NCBI GenBank assembly: GCA_951406725.2
Contig: OX597814.1
Coordinates: 107,632,001-107,696,000 of the forward strand
Origin: Octopus vulgaris
Lineage: Eukaryota
DNA length: 64,000 nucleotides
Direction: 5' to 3'
Positions within the stretch are counted from its first letter, which is position 1; every line of letters begins with the position of its first letter. The position numbers were made by a program, and so were the translations under genes. The notes below the pieces were generated by a model, which had not been told where the DNA came from, searched no databases, and saw nothing but the letters and a program-made list of their open reading frames with translations. Shown here one piece after another: positions 1-12,311 of the stretch.

Positions 1-1394
1 ATATGAAATGGTATGAAATATAAGCATGCATATGAAATGGTATGAAATATATGCCCATTACTTTTATCTCTATCTTCCAATGCATTGTTTGCGTAAATGC
101 ATTTGTATATGAAGCATAATTTTCACCGCTAGCTCTAAATTCTAAAGAAAAGTCGGCAGAGACAACTTTAAAAGTCATTGAATCCCACAACTAACACAGG
201 TAGGACATAATATTGAGTAATAAACCCTGAATATATTTGGTAGTTTATTATGGTTGCTAAATGAAAGATGATCTCCCTACAAACAATTGATATTTAAGAT
301 TTTGGTAAAGTAATAATTATATTTATCAGATTCTTAAATATATTGCTTTAAAGAATAGTTTTAATGTAATTAATTATTACCTCGTTAAGGATTAGCATGT
401 TGATAAACAGTTCTGTTACCAGAAACATGACAATGGTGGAACATTCCTTCCTCAATTTTATCAATGACTAAGTGGTTGCCATTGACAACAAATCTGCTGT
501 GACTGCTTTATTGATTGGTTTTATTGTTGTTTTTGAAATTCTCAACCCAGATCTTCAATTTGATATTATCCATAGAGATATGGTAACTATGGGCCTGCTG
601 TAGATTCCATTTGATTTTCCTTCCCCAAGCAATATCACAATGACTCATCGGAGGAAATGTTGATTTTATTTCTTTGCTGGACCTCATATATATTAAGCCT
701 CAATGTTTAATTTTAGGGTCCATTCATTGTTTAACCCTTCTGGGACCATATTTCTACTGAAATACACTGATTTTGTTTCAATTAGTTTGTTAGGGTTTGT
801 GTTGTTTTGTTGGCTGTTTGCTGCCCTTAGGAGGTGGCAACAGGTTGAATTCATGAATGAAAATGTGTTTCTTGGGCTGCGCGAGGAAGTAACTGAATGT
901 CACCCGCAGACATTTAACAGAAGATTTTATTGTCGCACATAAAGACAAACTGCATTGGTCTTTTATTGATAACATCAGCAATAATTACCAACTGGGAGAG
1001 AAGGAAAAACCATGCAGCGTTTGAAGAAGTTACTTATGAGCCTTAGAGTGAATGTTTAATTTTAGTCTGTCCAAGAACCTGGAGAAGTCTGTAGAAATAT
1101 CTGGAACTGTATGATGTGACAAGAATGGAGGCACATATTACTCAACTGCCTCAATATTTTGCATGGCAAGAGGTGAGATGTGTGAATGAGTCACCCACTC
1201 TTAATGCTCTGCAAAGAACTTAGGTGCCAAAAGTGGCTTTATATGAGGCACAAGAAGATTCTAGAAGAGTGAATCACATGACTGCTTGACACCTAATGGT
1301 TGCTTAAATGACCGATCATGTGAAGCAACTGTGGTTTATTTGTGATGTATGACAGGGTACCTAGTGGTTTGGTTTCAAATCACTGCAACAAGTT

Positions 1395-1705
1395 TTTAAA
1401 ATAATGAAGAATTTAGTAATATAATTGAATTATTACTAAAAGCTGGTGAAATTGTTTTGAGAGGAAGATTTTAATTAAGATCACTTTAACCCTTCTGTTA
1501 CCATATTTCTGTTGAAATCCACAGTTTTTGCTTCAACTGATTTTGAAAATAACTTTCTCATTATTAATCTGGTGTTAAGAACATAATTTTACATGAAATT
1601 TTGATGGAATGTTTTAATTTAGATCTCTTTAACACTAGGAGTTTATATCATGGCATGAGGGGTGGTCACAGATGGATTGGTTTCAATCAAAAGATGAAAG
1701 GGTTT
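1395..1705 (+). mobile_element. Copy of the TTAA-ended MITE-like repeat
   Basis: TTAACCCTTCTGTTACCATATTTCTGTTGAAAT.. with duplicated TTTTAATT(A/T)AGATC unit end. Confidence 0.6.
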
Positions 1706-2599
1706 CATGATAACTGAGTTTCTATCTCTCAGTCACTGATGATTCATAGTTGGAACAATCAGTGAATGCATTTGAAACATCATTAAATTTAAATAGCCAT
1801 CTGCATATTATACTAAATGTAAAAACACCATTAAAAGACATGATGCTGTGGCTTTTGTTTGAGAGAAAATCTCTTTAGAGACATGTGTTGAAAACACAAA
1901 ATGTATGAAAGAGAGATGAACATTGTCTCAGTAGTGACTCACTTGGCTTTCTTGGGCCTCGTCAATGTAGTGCACTTATTTATCATTTGCTAAAATGAAA
2001 TTTGTGCTTGATATATAGGAAAGAGTACATAAAACATTCACTGATATTGCAGAAAGCCTGCCAGGCTGTAATACATTCAGTGTATGCAACTGAAACAGTA
2101 TTAAATTAGGATAGCCAGCTGTGCATCATATCTTAAATATATACACACCACTGAGCAGCATGATGCCATGGTTTTGCCTGAGGGAAAACCTATTCACTGA
2201 TAAACATTGTGTTAAAGACACAATGTTTAGCAGTGCAGGCTGAATATCATCCCAGCACTGACTGATGAGAGCGCCAAATGTGTTTCAGCCTTCATGGGTC
2301 TTATCAGTGATGTTTGCTCTGTGGTCACATGCCAAAACGAAATTTGTCTCTCCCTCTTCTTCATCATCGTCCATAATTTTGAATCTGGGTTTTGTCTCCT
2401 GTTAACAGGGGTGACCAGATCTACCTCAATGTCATAGCAATTGCCCTCACACTATCTTGTCATCTTGCCTGGTTTTGGGCATCTTCCCTTCTCAAGCCAA
2501 TCCTCCTAATCTCTTCCTCCACCTGTCCCTCCCACATTTTCCTCAGTCTACCTTGCATTCCCCATCCAGTCATCTATTTGTTTTTCTGTAAATTTCAAC

Positions 2600-2600
<1 letters not shown>

Positions 2601-2632
<32 letters not shown>

Positions 2633-2681
2633 GTGTATATGTATGTATGTATGTATGTATGTATATATATATGTTTGTATG

Positions 2682-2713
<32 letters not shown>

Positions 2714-2779
2714 CATACATATACACATACATACATGCATATATATATATACGCATATAAATATATGTGTATATATATA

Positions 2780-2815
<36 letters not shown>

Positions 2816-2860
2816 TATATATATATATGCATATATATATATATGGATATATATATATAT
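2601..2860. repeat. (TA)n/(TATG)n microsatellite
   Basis: Direct reading. Confidence 0.95.
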
Positions 2861-2980
2861 TTACAGAAAACAAAAGACAAAGGCAGGTGAGGGAACAACT
2901 AGCAGGTGTATTAGTTTGACGCTAGGGAAGAATGGAAAAGTCTTTGATGTTTTGAGCCTATGCTCTTCAGCAGAAATGGA
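2861..2980 (-). mobile_element. Second copy of the 48.1 kb repeat family
   Basis: Reverse complement matches 48068-48190 (CTGCTGAAGAGCATAGGCTCAAAACATC..CAAACTAATACACCTGC..TTTTCTGTAAA). Confidence 0.65.
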
Positions 2981-3701
2981 TGAAAAGAAAAGAAATGGAG
3001 AGAGAAAAAAAGTGTAGGGATAAACTGCTTAACATATGTATACATATATAAACATTCTATACAATGTAAAGTGGTTGGCATTAGTTAATCCTGGTTTTTA
3101 CCATTTTAAATATTTAGTTCTGTATTAATTGAGAAATTTAGCACCTCTTCTATTCAAAATTTCCAATCTGTAACTACTGTCATGTGCAAGTATAAAGCTG
3201 TATTGAATTTATTCTCTGAAAGACTCAAAGAGTTTTTCACTTGAAATTGCTGAAGGAAAAGAAGACAATAAAACTTTTTGTTTTGATCTTAACAATAATT
3301 TCTACATTGTCTCTGATTGTTAAGGTTTTAGAAACTTCTGGAGCTGCTAAGCCAGTAAGCAAGATCTGTTTCAAGTTGTAAGACCTTTAGATCTAGTCAA
3401 CAGTTTTCCATGTTTTTCTAAGTGATCAAGATTACAGCATTCCATCTGCATGGGATGTCATTCCATCGCAGGTGTAACAATTAAGTTTAACATCAAGACA
3501 CAGTGGAGAAAGGAATGAGTGAAGAAGAATCTTAACTGCTGATCCAAATGGCCATTTGTCTATTTGATTCTGGTGATGGTACATTATCGAAAACACAAAG
3601 TTGTTTGCATACACAAGTTATTTGTTGATCTTCAGTTCAATCTGTGTGAGAGTTATTAGTTTCATCACTGTGGTTATTAGAGAGAGAGAAAGTGTAAGAC
3701 A

Positions 3702-3995
3702 GTCATATGGCGAAGTGGTTAAGAGCGCAGACTACTAACCCCAAGATTCCGAGTTCGATTCCAGACAGTGACCTGAATGATGATGACGATGACAACGACG
3801 ACAACATTGGAAAATACCTTAGGAATGAGAACCCAGGTTCAAAATTTCCCCAAGACACCTGATGAAAGCTGGACAGTATATCAGCCAAAACGTTGTGTTA
3901 ACAAACAAACAAATGAGGACAAAAATACATCAAATGTAAATAATGTAAATAAAGTAAATAATGTAATAATTCCTCATCTCTTAAATATAGAACAG
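3702..3995 (+). mobile_element. Non-autonomous element: tRNA-like Pol III head + (AAT/GAT/GAC)n spacer + hammerhead-containing tail
   Basis: A-box TGGCGAAGTGG 3708-3718, B-box GAGTTCGATTCC 3751-3762; tail with GACAC-CTGATGA...CAGCC-AAAA-CG-TT-GTGTT 3854-3899 (G12>A); homologous parts at 13.3-14.3 kb, 39.4-39.7 kb and 46.8-46.96 kb. Confidence 0.8.
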
Positions 3996-5686
3996 TCAAA
4001 AGAAGTAGAAACAGTAAGGATTGCATTGTCCTTCGCATAAAAGTGATGCTTTTACATTGGTACCAGAAGAAAGATAGATGTATCCTCTTGGTAAGCACCT
4101 AATTACCAAAGAGCTGAACAGATATTTGGTTGTGTATTTATATTCTTCGGAACTAAATAAGGTCAAGCGAAAACAAATGACCTCTCCTCTCTAATCAGCT
4201 TTGACCAATGAATGCCTTGAGAAAGATCAAGAAGTCAGCTTATTCTCATAAATTTCTTACTGCAACAGGCTAAGACAATAGGCCAAGGAGTTGTAGCTAA
4301 ACGTAGATTCGATTTTGAATCCTGGCTCAGAAATATGGTAGCTGTTTGCTACATAGAGCAAACCCATTTACAGCCGAGTGGACTGGAGCAATGTGAAATA
4401 AAGTGTTTTGCTCAAGAACACAACACACTGCCTGGTCTGGGATTTGAAACTACATTCTTATGAATGTGAGTGCAACACTCTAACCACTTGGCCACATGGC
4501 TTTATTTTTGACCTTTTAAAAAAAATCAAAAATTTCAACTCTCAGACTTATAAAAGACCCCTTTGATATTGTTCTGAAGATTAAGAATGATACCAAAAAA
4601 GAAAAAAACGAAAAAAGAAAAAAATAGCAAGAAAATTCAAGAGATGTCTATTATTTGCTGGTGATTCTTGGAAATAGATGCCAAAGCAAGAGAATGGCTG
4701 CAGTCTTGGAGAATGAAAGCTATTATTAACTTCACAGAATAAATTTACTGTGATTTCATAGCCATTTATGTTGTTGTTGTTGCTGCTGCTTCAGTATGAA
4801 CCATTCCACTAATAATGACAGATTGCCATTCCATATTTAACTCAAATTCTTTCATGTTCCATTTTCCAAAGCTTTGATGTCGTATCTTTTACATCCCATA
4901 AAAAAATCATCGTTCAAGAAACATCTCCACTCGTTCACATTTTCTCTCGTAATTATATTTTATAATTATTTTTATAATTACACAGATATTGGATGTCAAC
5001 ATTTCCTGCTGTGAGTGACTTCACAAAATATCTTTTACATATTGTAGACGACTTTCCTTATTATATATTCCTTACCATATTATGGCACCAATTCATCTTG
5101 TTTGTGCCTAATTAATACATTTATGTCATAATAATAATAATAATAAGACATTCTGACGAAACCTACTTCTCTACAAATTAATTTTATAGTTACTTGACAC
5201 AGTAATGTTCAAGAATAATTAGGAAATTTGGTTTCCATGGCTGCCAATACATTTCCATCAAAGACACATTGGTTTAGATTATGCAACTCTACATATTGCA
5301 CATAACGGTAAGAATTTTATGAAATCTGTAGTCACATAAAATCTTTGTGTCCACTCCTTAATCTTCAGAACTTCTAAATACAGCCCAAAGCATTGTCTTA
5401 GCTTAATCTCTGATGCTTAGAAGGTAAAAAAAAAATGGTATTTCAAAAGATTGGAATGTCTGTTGGATTATCATGGTAAACATAATTCTGATAGGTGCCA
5501 ACACGACTGTGCAATTGAGAAATTTGCTTCCCAAAGATTCAGTTTTGAGTTCGGTCCCACTGTATGGCACTTTCGGTGTCTTTTACAACGGATCTAGCTT
5601 GAACAAAACCTTGTAAGTGGATTTGTTAGATGGAAACTGAAAGAAGCCCATCATATATATGTGCATGTGTAGGTGTATGTGCGATG

Positions 5687-5739
<53 letters not shown>

Positions 5740-5743
5740 CACG

Positions 5744-5778
<35 letters not shown>

Positions 5779-5787
5779 CATTATTGT

Positions 5788-6190
5788 CATTTAACGTCCG
5801 CTTTCCATGCTAGCATGGGTTGGACGATTTGACTGAGGGCTGGCAAGCCAGAAGGCTGCACCAGGCTCCAATCTGATCTGGCATTGTTTCTACAGCTGGA
5901 TGCCCTTCCTAACACCAACCATTCTGAGAGTGTAGTGGGTGCTTTTATGTGCCAACGGCATGAGGGCCAGTCAGGCGGTACTGGCATCGACCACGCTTAA
6001 ATGGTGCTTTTTATGTGCCACCTGCATGGAAGCCAGTCTGGCAGCACTGACATAGGCCACGGTTATGGTCTCACTCAGCTTGCCGGGACTTCTCAAGTAC
6101 AGCATATCTCCAAAGGTCTCAGTCACTTGTCATTGTCTTGGTGAAGCCCAATGTTCAAAGGTCGTGCTTCACCACCTCAACCCAGGTCTT
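5788..6190 (-). mobile_element. RTE 3' fragment
   Basis: Matches the RTE 3' terminus TTTAACGTCCGCTTTCCATGCTAGCATGGG and ORF end (VVKHDL). Confidence 0.85.
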
Positions 6191-6409
6191 CTTATATATA
6201 TATATGTATATAATCTTCAGAGGTTTTGGGGCACCAGGTTTTTGGGATCTAACAATACACCATAAAGCTAAACCCTTTATGGATGGGAAACCTAAGGTAA
6301 ACCCATAAACCAGCCTTCTCTAGTTTTGCTATATATCAATATATATAGTTTGAAATTATACAAAAAGCACTCTTAAATTCTATTTGGCTGTTTCCCTCTA
6401 TATATTTGT

Positions 6410-7569
6410 AGATGGGGTTACTGCAGATCCCACTTCTACTATCTCCACATTCTTTCACAAAGAATTCGGTTTTATTCTCTGATGAGAATTTTGCTCTTGT
6501 CAGTTGTTTCTTCAGGTTTTTCTCTTAGAGTTTACTGTTTCTTATGCAGTATTTGTTTAATAAGTTTCCCATTTTGGGGCTTTGTAGGACTATTGGTAAG
6601 TTTGATTGTATAATTTGTAACATGTTGGTAACTCCAGGGTTGTGTGTGTTTATGAATGGGATGATGTTTTCTTTGCTTTCCTTTTTTGGAGTTCTGAGTT
6701 GTGTGATATCCAGTTTCATTGCTCTTGAGATTCCGTTTTCTATTAGTTTGAGTGGATATTTCTGTTCTAGTAGGAAGTTTTTAAGTTCATCTAGTCTTAT
6801 TTGGCGTGTTTGTGAGTCAGCCACTGTGCTGCAGGTGTGTCTTGTCATACTATATGGAATGTTTCTTTTTATGTGGGATGGGTGGCAGGAGTAGAAATTT
6901 AAATATTGGTGTGTGTTGGTTTTTTATTATAATAGATATCTGTTGTGATGATGGAGTTGTGTATCTTGACGTTGATGTCTTGAAAGGGAAGTTTGTTAAA
7001 GCTGGTTTCTGTTGTAAAGTTGATAGATGCGTGCAGTGTGTTGAGGATGTTGTGGAATGTTCATAGATCTTCTTCTGATCTGTTCCAAAAGATGATGCAG
7101 TCATCGAGGTAGCGTTTCCACTTTTTCTTAATGTCTTCTCTGAAGTCGTGTTCGAAGATTTTCCCTATTTCCTCGTATAGTTTGTTCTCAAGGAAACCTA
7201 TAACCAGGTTGGCATATGAAGGTGCGAATTTCGTACCCATAGCCATACCCTTTATCTGTCGGTATGTCTTGTTAAATGTGAATGTGTTTTCTTCAAGTAT
7301 TAATTGGGTGGCTTTGGTGATAAAGTCTGTTTTGAAGCATTTATCTATGAATTCCTTGTAGTTTTCTACATAGTGTTTTACTACCTCCAGACCCAGGGTG
7401 TGTTGTATGTGTGTGTATAAGTTTGTGACATCGAAGCTTGCAAGTATGGTGTTTTAAGGAACCATATTTGGAATGTGTTTGAGAAAGTCTATGTCATCCC
7501 TTAAGTAGCTTGGTATCAGTGGGCATAAAGATTTGAGGAGTACATCTATGAAGTGATTTAGTTGTTTTG

Positions 7570-7572
<3 letters not shown>
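6410..7572 (-). pseudogene. Penelope-like element reverse transcriptase, decayed (probably Neptune group)
   Basis: Minus-strand translation gives SYLRDDIDFL, LASFDVTNLYT, GMAMGTKFAPSYANL, WKRYLDDC, SCHPSHIKRNIPYS and a Cys-rich linker remnant ECGDSRSGIC; stops and frameshift; no GIY-YIG domain seen. Confidence 0.9.
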
Positions 7573-7605
<33 letters not shown>

Positions 7606-8117
7606 CCTCCTTCCCTTTTATCTGCCTCCCACACATAAACGGTGACTGACTTTCTATCTTCCACCTTTTTCCCACTGGTCAACCATTTTTCTCCTCTCTT
7701 CTCAATTCTGTTCTTTATATCCATTTGAAGATTTCTCTCAGTCATTAATCCATCATTCACGTGTTTGGCCCAAACCACTATATTTATTCATTTATTGTCT
7801 TTGTCTTCTATTTCAAATTACTGCTGTTTACTTTCGTACGTTCACCCTGTATTCTTTTGTTTGCTCAAGCCCTAATTCTCCTCAAATCTTGCAGGTGCCA
7901 CCAATATGCGAAGTTCCTAGCCTTATCATTAAAGGCATGAAACTAGGTGTTAGTATATTTCAGTCAGAAACTGATGAAGAATTAGGGTCCTGGTGTCTGT
8001 CTTACATGTATGTTTTGTAGTATTTAATGCATTTTCATTTATATTATATATATCATCATTATCATCATCATCATCCTCATCATCATCATCATCATCATCA
8101 TACATACATACATATAT

Positions 8118-8662
8118 ACAACAGGCTTCTTTCAATTTCCGTCTCCCAAATCCACTCATAAGGATTTAGTCAGCCTGAGGCTATAGCAAAGGACACTTGC
8201 CCAAGGTGCCACACAGTGGGACTGAACCCAGTACCATGTGGTTGGGAAGCAAGCTTCTTATCCTGCAGCCACACCTGCACCTATGTATATATAGGTGTGT
8301 GTTAAGAAGCTTGCTTCCCAACCACATGGTTCTAGGTTCAGTCCCACTGTGTGGCATCTTGGGCAAGTATCCTTTGCTATAGCCTCAGGGTGGCCAAAGA
8401 CTTGTGACTGGATTTGGTAGAAGCAAACTGAAAGAAGCCCGTTGTATATATATGTATGTATATGCTTGCGTTTCTGTGTTTGTCCCCCCACCATCCCTTG
8501 ACAACAGATGTTAGTGTGCTTATGTTCCCACTACTTAGCAGTTCAGCAAAAGAAACCGATAGAATAATTACTAGGCTTGCTAAGAATAAGTCCTGCGGTC
8601 AATTTGTTCGATTAAAGGCAGTGCTCCAACATGGCCACAGTCAAATGACTGAAACAAGTAAA
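8118..8662. mobile_element. Head-to-head pair of major SINE (8118-8283 minus, 8293-8662 plus)
   Basis: Both match the 38.2 kb copy. Confidence 0.85.
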
Positions 8663-8667
8663 ATAAT

Positions 8668-8710
<43 letters not shown>

Positions 8711-9008
8711 GACAGACAGACAGACAGATAAACACATGTATGTATATCTATTTGCATGAATGCGTGTATGCGTGTGTGTGTGTGTTTGTGTGTATGTGAG
8801 TGTGTGTGTATTCGTATTCTATATTGCACCAGAAACTGCCACATGCTAAAACTATTTGATGGAGGGAAAAAGACAGTTTGAGAGATAAAAATTGGTTACA
8901 GGGGACATAACTAAGTGTAAAAGCAGAGAAACATTTTGTGGGAGACAAAATAAAACTTTTCACAATAATTTAGGCAGCTCTATCAGTCTATCATATATAC
9001 ATATATAC

Positions 9009-9039
<31 letters not shown>

Positions 9040-9375
9040 TACACACACATACATATACAGAGAGACAGAGAGAGGGAGACAGAAAGAGAGAGAGAGAGAG
9101 AGAAACAGACAGAGAGGAGATAGATAGATAAATATAATGGTAGTCACATACCTACCACAATCTGTATATGAGTAAATGTGTGTGTGTGTGTGTATGTGCG
9201 TGTGTGTGTGTGCGTGTGTGTGTGTGTGTAAATGTACATATGCGTCTGTTTGTCAGTGTGTATATGTGCCTGTTACTTATCAAAGTTTTATTACTGCATA
9301 ACATGAAAGTCTCAGCCATTCGGGAACTTTGGATGTCTGTCGATTAAAAGTAACACTCACACACTCATTTATGTA

Positions 9376-9411
<36 letters not shown>

Positions 9412-9463
9412 TGTATGTATGTGTGTGTGTGTGTATATATGTGTGTATGTATTTATGTAAATA

Positions 9464-10508
9464 TTTACTTGTTTCAGTCATTTGACTGCGGCCATGCTGG
9501 AGCACCGCCTTTAGTCGAGCATTTCGACCCCAGAACATATTCTTTGTAAGCCTAGTACTTATTCTATCAGTCTTTTTGCTGAACTGCTAGGTTACGGGGA
9601 CGTAAACACACCAGCATCAGTTGTGAAGCGATGTTGGTGGGGGGACAAACACAAACACACAGAAATATACACCTACACACACACACGCGCGCGTGCACAC
9701 ACACACACACACACATATACAACAGGCTTCTTTCACTTTCCCTCTACCGAATTTACTCACAAGGCTTTGGTTGATCCGAGGCTATAGTGGAAGACACTTG
9801 CCCAAGGTACCACACAGTGGAACTGAACCCGGAACCTTGTGGTTGGTAAGCAAGCTGCTTACCACACAGCCACTCCTGCGCCTACGCACACACACAAGCA
9901 CATATATATATATATATACGACAGGCTTCTTTCAGTTTCCGTCTACCAAATCCACTCACAAGGCTTTGGTCGGCCCAAGGCTATAGTAGAAGACACTTGC
10001 CCAAGATGCCACACAGTGGAACTGAACCCAGAACCATGTAGTTGGGAAGCAAGCTACTTACCACACAGCCACTCCAGTACCTGTGTGTATATATTATTTT
10101 ATTCTTTTATTCGTTTCAATCATGTGACTGTGGCCATGCTGCAGTACCGCTTTGAAGAGTTTTAGTGGAACAAATTGTTCCCAGGACTTTTTTTGAAGCC
10201 CAGTACTTATTCTATCATCCTCTTTTGCTGAACTGCTAAGTTACGGGGATTTAAACACACCAACACTAGTTGTCAACTGGTGATGGGAGGGACAAATATA
10301 GACACAAAAACACATATGCATACACACACACACACTCACATACACACACACAACAGGCTTCTTTCAGTTTCCATCTACCATATCCAGTGACAAGGCTTTG
10401 GTCAGCCCAAGGCTATGGTTGAAGATACTTGCCCAAGGTGCCATGCATTCAAACTGAACCTGGAACCATGTGGTTGGGAAGCAAGCTTCTTACCACAAAG
10501 CCATGCCT
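9464..10508 (-). mobile_element. Three tandem major-SINE copies (9464-9884, 9917-10076, 10100-10508)
   Basis: Reverse-complement matches to the 38.2 kb copy. Confidence 0.85.
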
Positions 10509-10587
10509 ATATATGTCCTTATTTATCTATCTATCTATCTATCTATCTCTTTCTGTCTTCTCTTTCTCTCTCTCTCTTTTTCTATCA

Positions 10588-10665
<78 letters not shown>

Positions 10666-10685
10666 ATATATATATATATATATAC

Positions 10686-11117
10686 ACAATAAGAGGCTTC
10701 CAGATAGGAAAGCGTTGTGCTAGAACACAAAAAAGGGATAAATTCACGAAAGGAATGAAAATTAAAAACATTTACCATCTCAACTATATCCCAGACCAAC
10801 GGTTTCTAACTATTTCCAGCAAAAAAATATTCGCTGAAGGCAAGTATGATTTGAGTCTGTGCAGAGGTTTGAAAAGTTAAGACTTACAAACCGTTAGATC
10901 AACATGTGGATCTAGCAGTCTGTACGTCAGGATTATTAAGGCTGTCCCACTGAAGAAACTGGCCTTCAGCAAATATTTTTTTGCTGGAAATAGTTAGAAA
11001 CCGTCGGTCTGGGATATAGTTGAGATGGTAAATGTTTTTAATTTTCATTCCTTTCGTGAATTTATCCCTTTTTTGTGTTCTAGCACAACGCTTTCCTATT
11101 TGGAAGCCTCTTATTGT
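10686..11117. mobile_element. Fold-back element (Penelope pLTR-like) with about 160-bp inverted arms
   Basis: Arms 10686-10845 and 10958-11117 are near-perfect reverse complements; embedded between (TA)n tracts; carries the HHR motif. Confidence 0.8.
10943..11016 (+). ncRNA. Type-I hammerhead ribozyme motif
   Basis: Stem I TGTCCCA/TGGGATA; CTGAAGA 10950-10956; stem II AACT..TTCAGCAAA/TTTGCTGGA..AGTT; GAAA 10997-11000; stem III ACCG-T-CGGT; GUC triplet; 10.1-11.1 pair non-canonical. Confidence 0.7.
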
Positions 11118-11210
11118 ATTTCTATATGAATAATATATAGTCTAATGACTAATTCGTTTTTTGTGCTAGGCCACTGGTAATAATAATTTACTATTACCCT
11201 ATTTTGTTAT

Positions 11211-11258
<48 letters not shown>

Positions 11259-11259
11259 C

Positions 11260-11640
11260 AGAAGCTTGCTTCCCAGCCACATGGTCCCATGTTCAGTCCC
11301 ACTACATGCCACCTTAGCAAGTGTCAAGTGTCTTCTTCTATAACCCTAGGTCAATGAAAGCCTTGTGAGTGGATTTGGTGGACAAACTGAAAAAAGCCCT
11401 TCGTATGTATGCGTGTGCATGAGTGTGTGTGTGTGTGTGTGTATCTTTGTGTGTGTTTGTCCCCACCCACCACTTGACAAACTGTATTTGTGTCTTTGTG
11501 TCCCCATAGCTTAGCGGTTCAGCAAAAGAGATTGATAGAATAAGTGACAATCTTTAAAAAAAAGATACTGGGGTTGATTATTTGGCTAAAAATTCTTCAA
11601 GGCTGTGCCCCAGCATGGCCACAGTCTAATGACTAAAATA
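11260..11640 (+). mobile_element. Major SINE
   Basis: Match to family consensus. Confidence 0.85.
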
Positions 11641-11645
11641 ATTAC

Positions 11646-11681
<36 letters not shown>

Positions 11682-11929
11682 TAAGCACCATTCAAGCATG
11701 GGTCGATGCCAGTGCTATAGGAGTGGCTCCCCATGCTAGTGGCACATAAAAAGTACCATTCAAACAGGACAGTGAAAACAAACTGACAACAATGTGCCTG
11801 ATCCCTGCAATTGATCAAAAGGAAAGAAAAGAAATTCAAGTTAGGAAAAGAAAGATGGCTGATGGTCACATGCAAGTAATGAGAGAGCAAAGAAAGAAGA
11901 GTGAGGGAGAGAGAGGGACAGACAGGAAG

Positions 11930-12062
11930 TGTCGTTCTTTATGTTGTTTGTCTTGTTTTCCATTTATTTCTTTCGTTGTTCTCAAAAAAAGTTCATATAC
12001 CATGTTTTCGTATTTCGCATTTCATGTTGTTTACATTCTGTGACATCCTGTTCCCATATATG
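11930..12062. repeat. Unclassified repeat
   Basis: GTC(G/A)TTCTTTATGTTGTTTG..TTTTCCATTT..TCTTTCGTT..TGTGA..TCCTG shared with 32052-32182. Confidence 0.6.
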
Positions 12063-12243
12063 CACATGTGTAAGTATGTACATATATGTATGTATATATG
12101 TGTGTGTATATATATATATACAATTTATATTATTATATGATTGAACACCATGCATCCATTTCCAAGAAAGTTTTATCTATCTATCTTATATATAGAGAGA
12201 TAGATAGATAGATAGATAGACAGATAGATTGACAGATAGATAG

Positions 12244-12311
<68 letters not shown>

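Noticed and set aside
2255-2320. CTGATGA (plus) and CTGATAA..GAAAC (minus) hammerhead-like words
   Set aside because: Core and stem II mismatched, stem I only about 2 bp; too decayed to call
3702-3777. Possible true tRNA gene (anticodon ACT)
   Set aside because: Poor acceptor stem, no T-run terminator, and always attached to the repeat tail; treated as an element head
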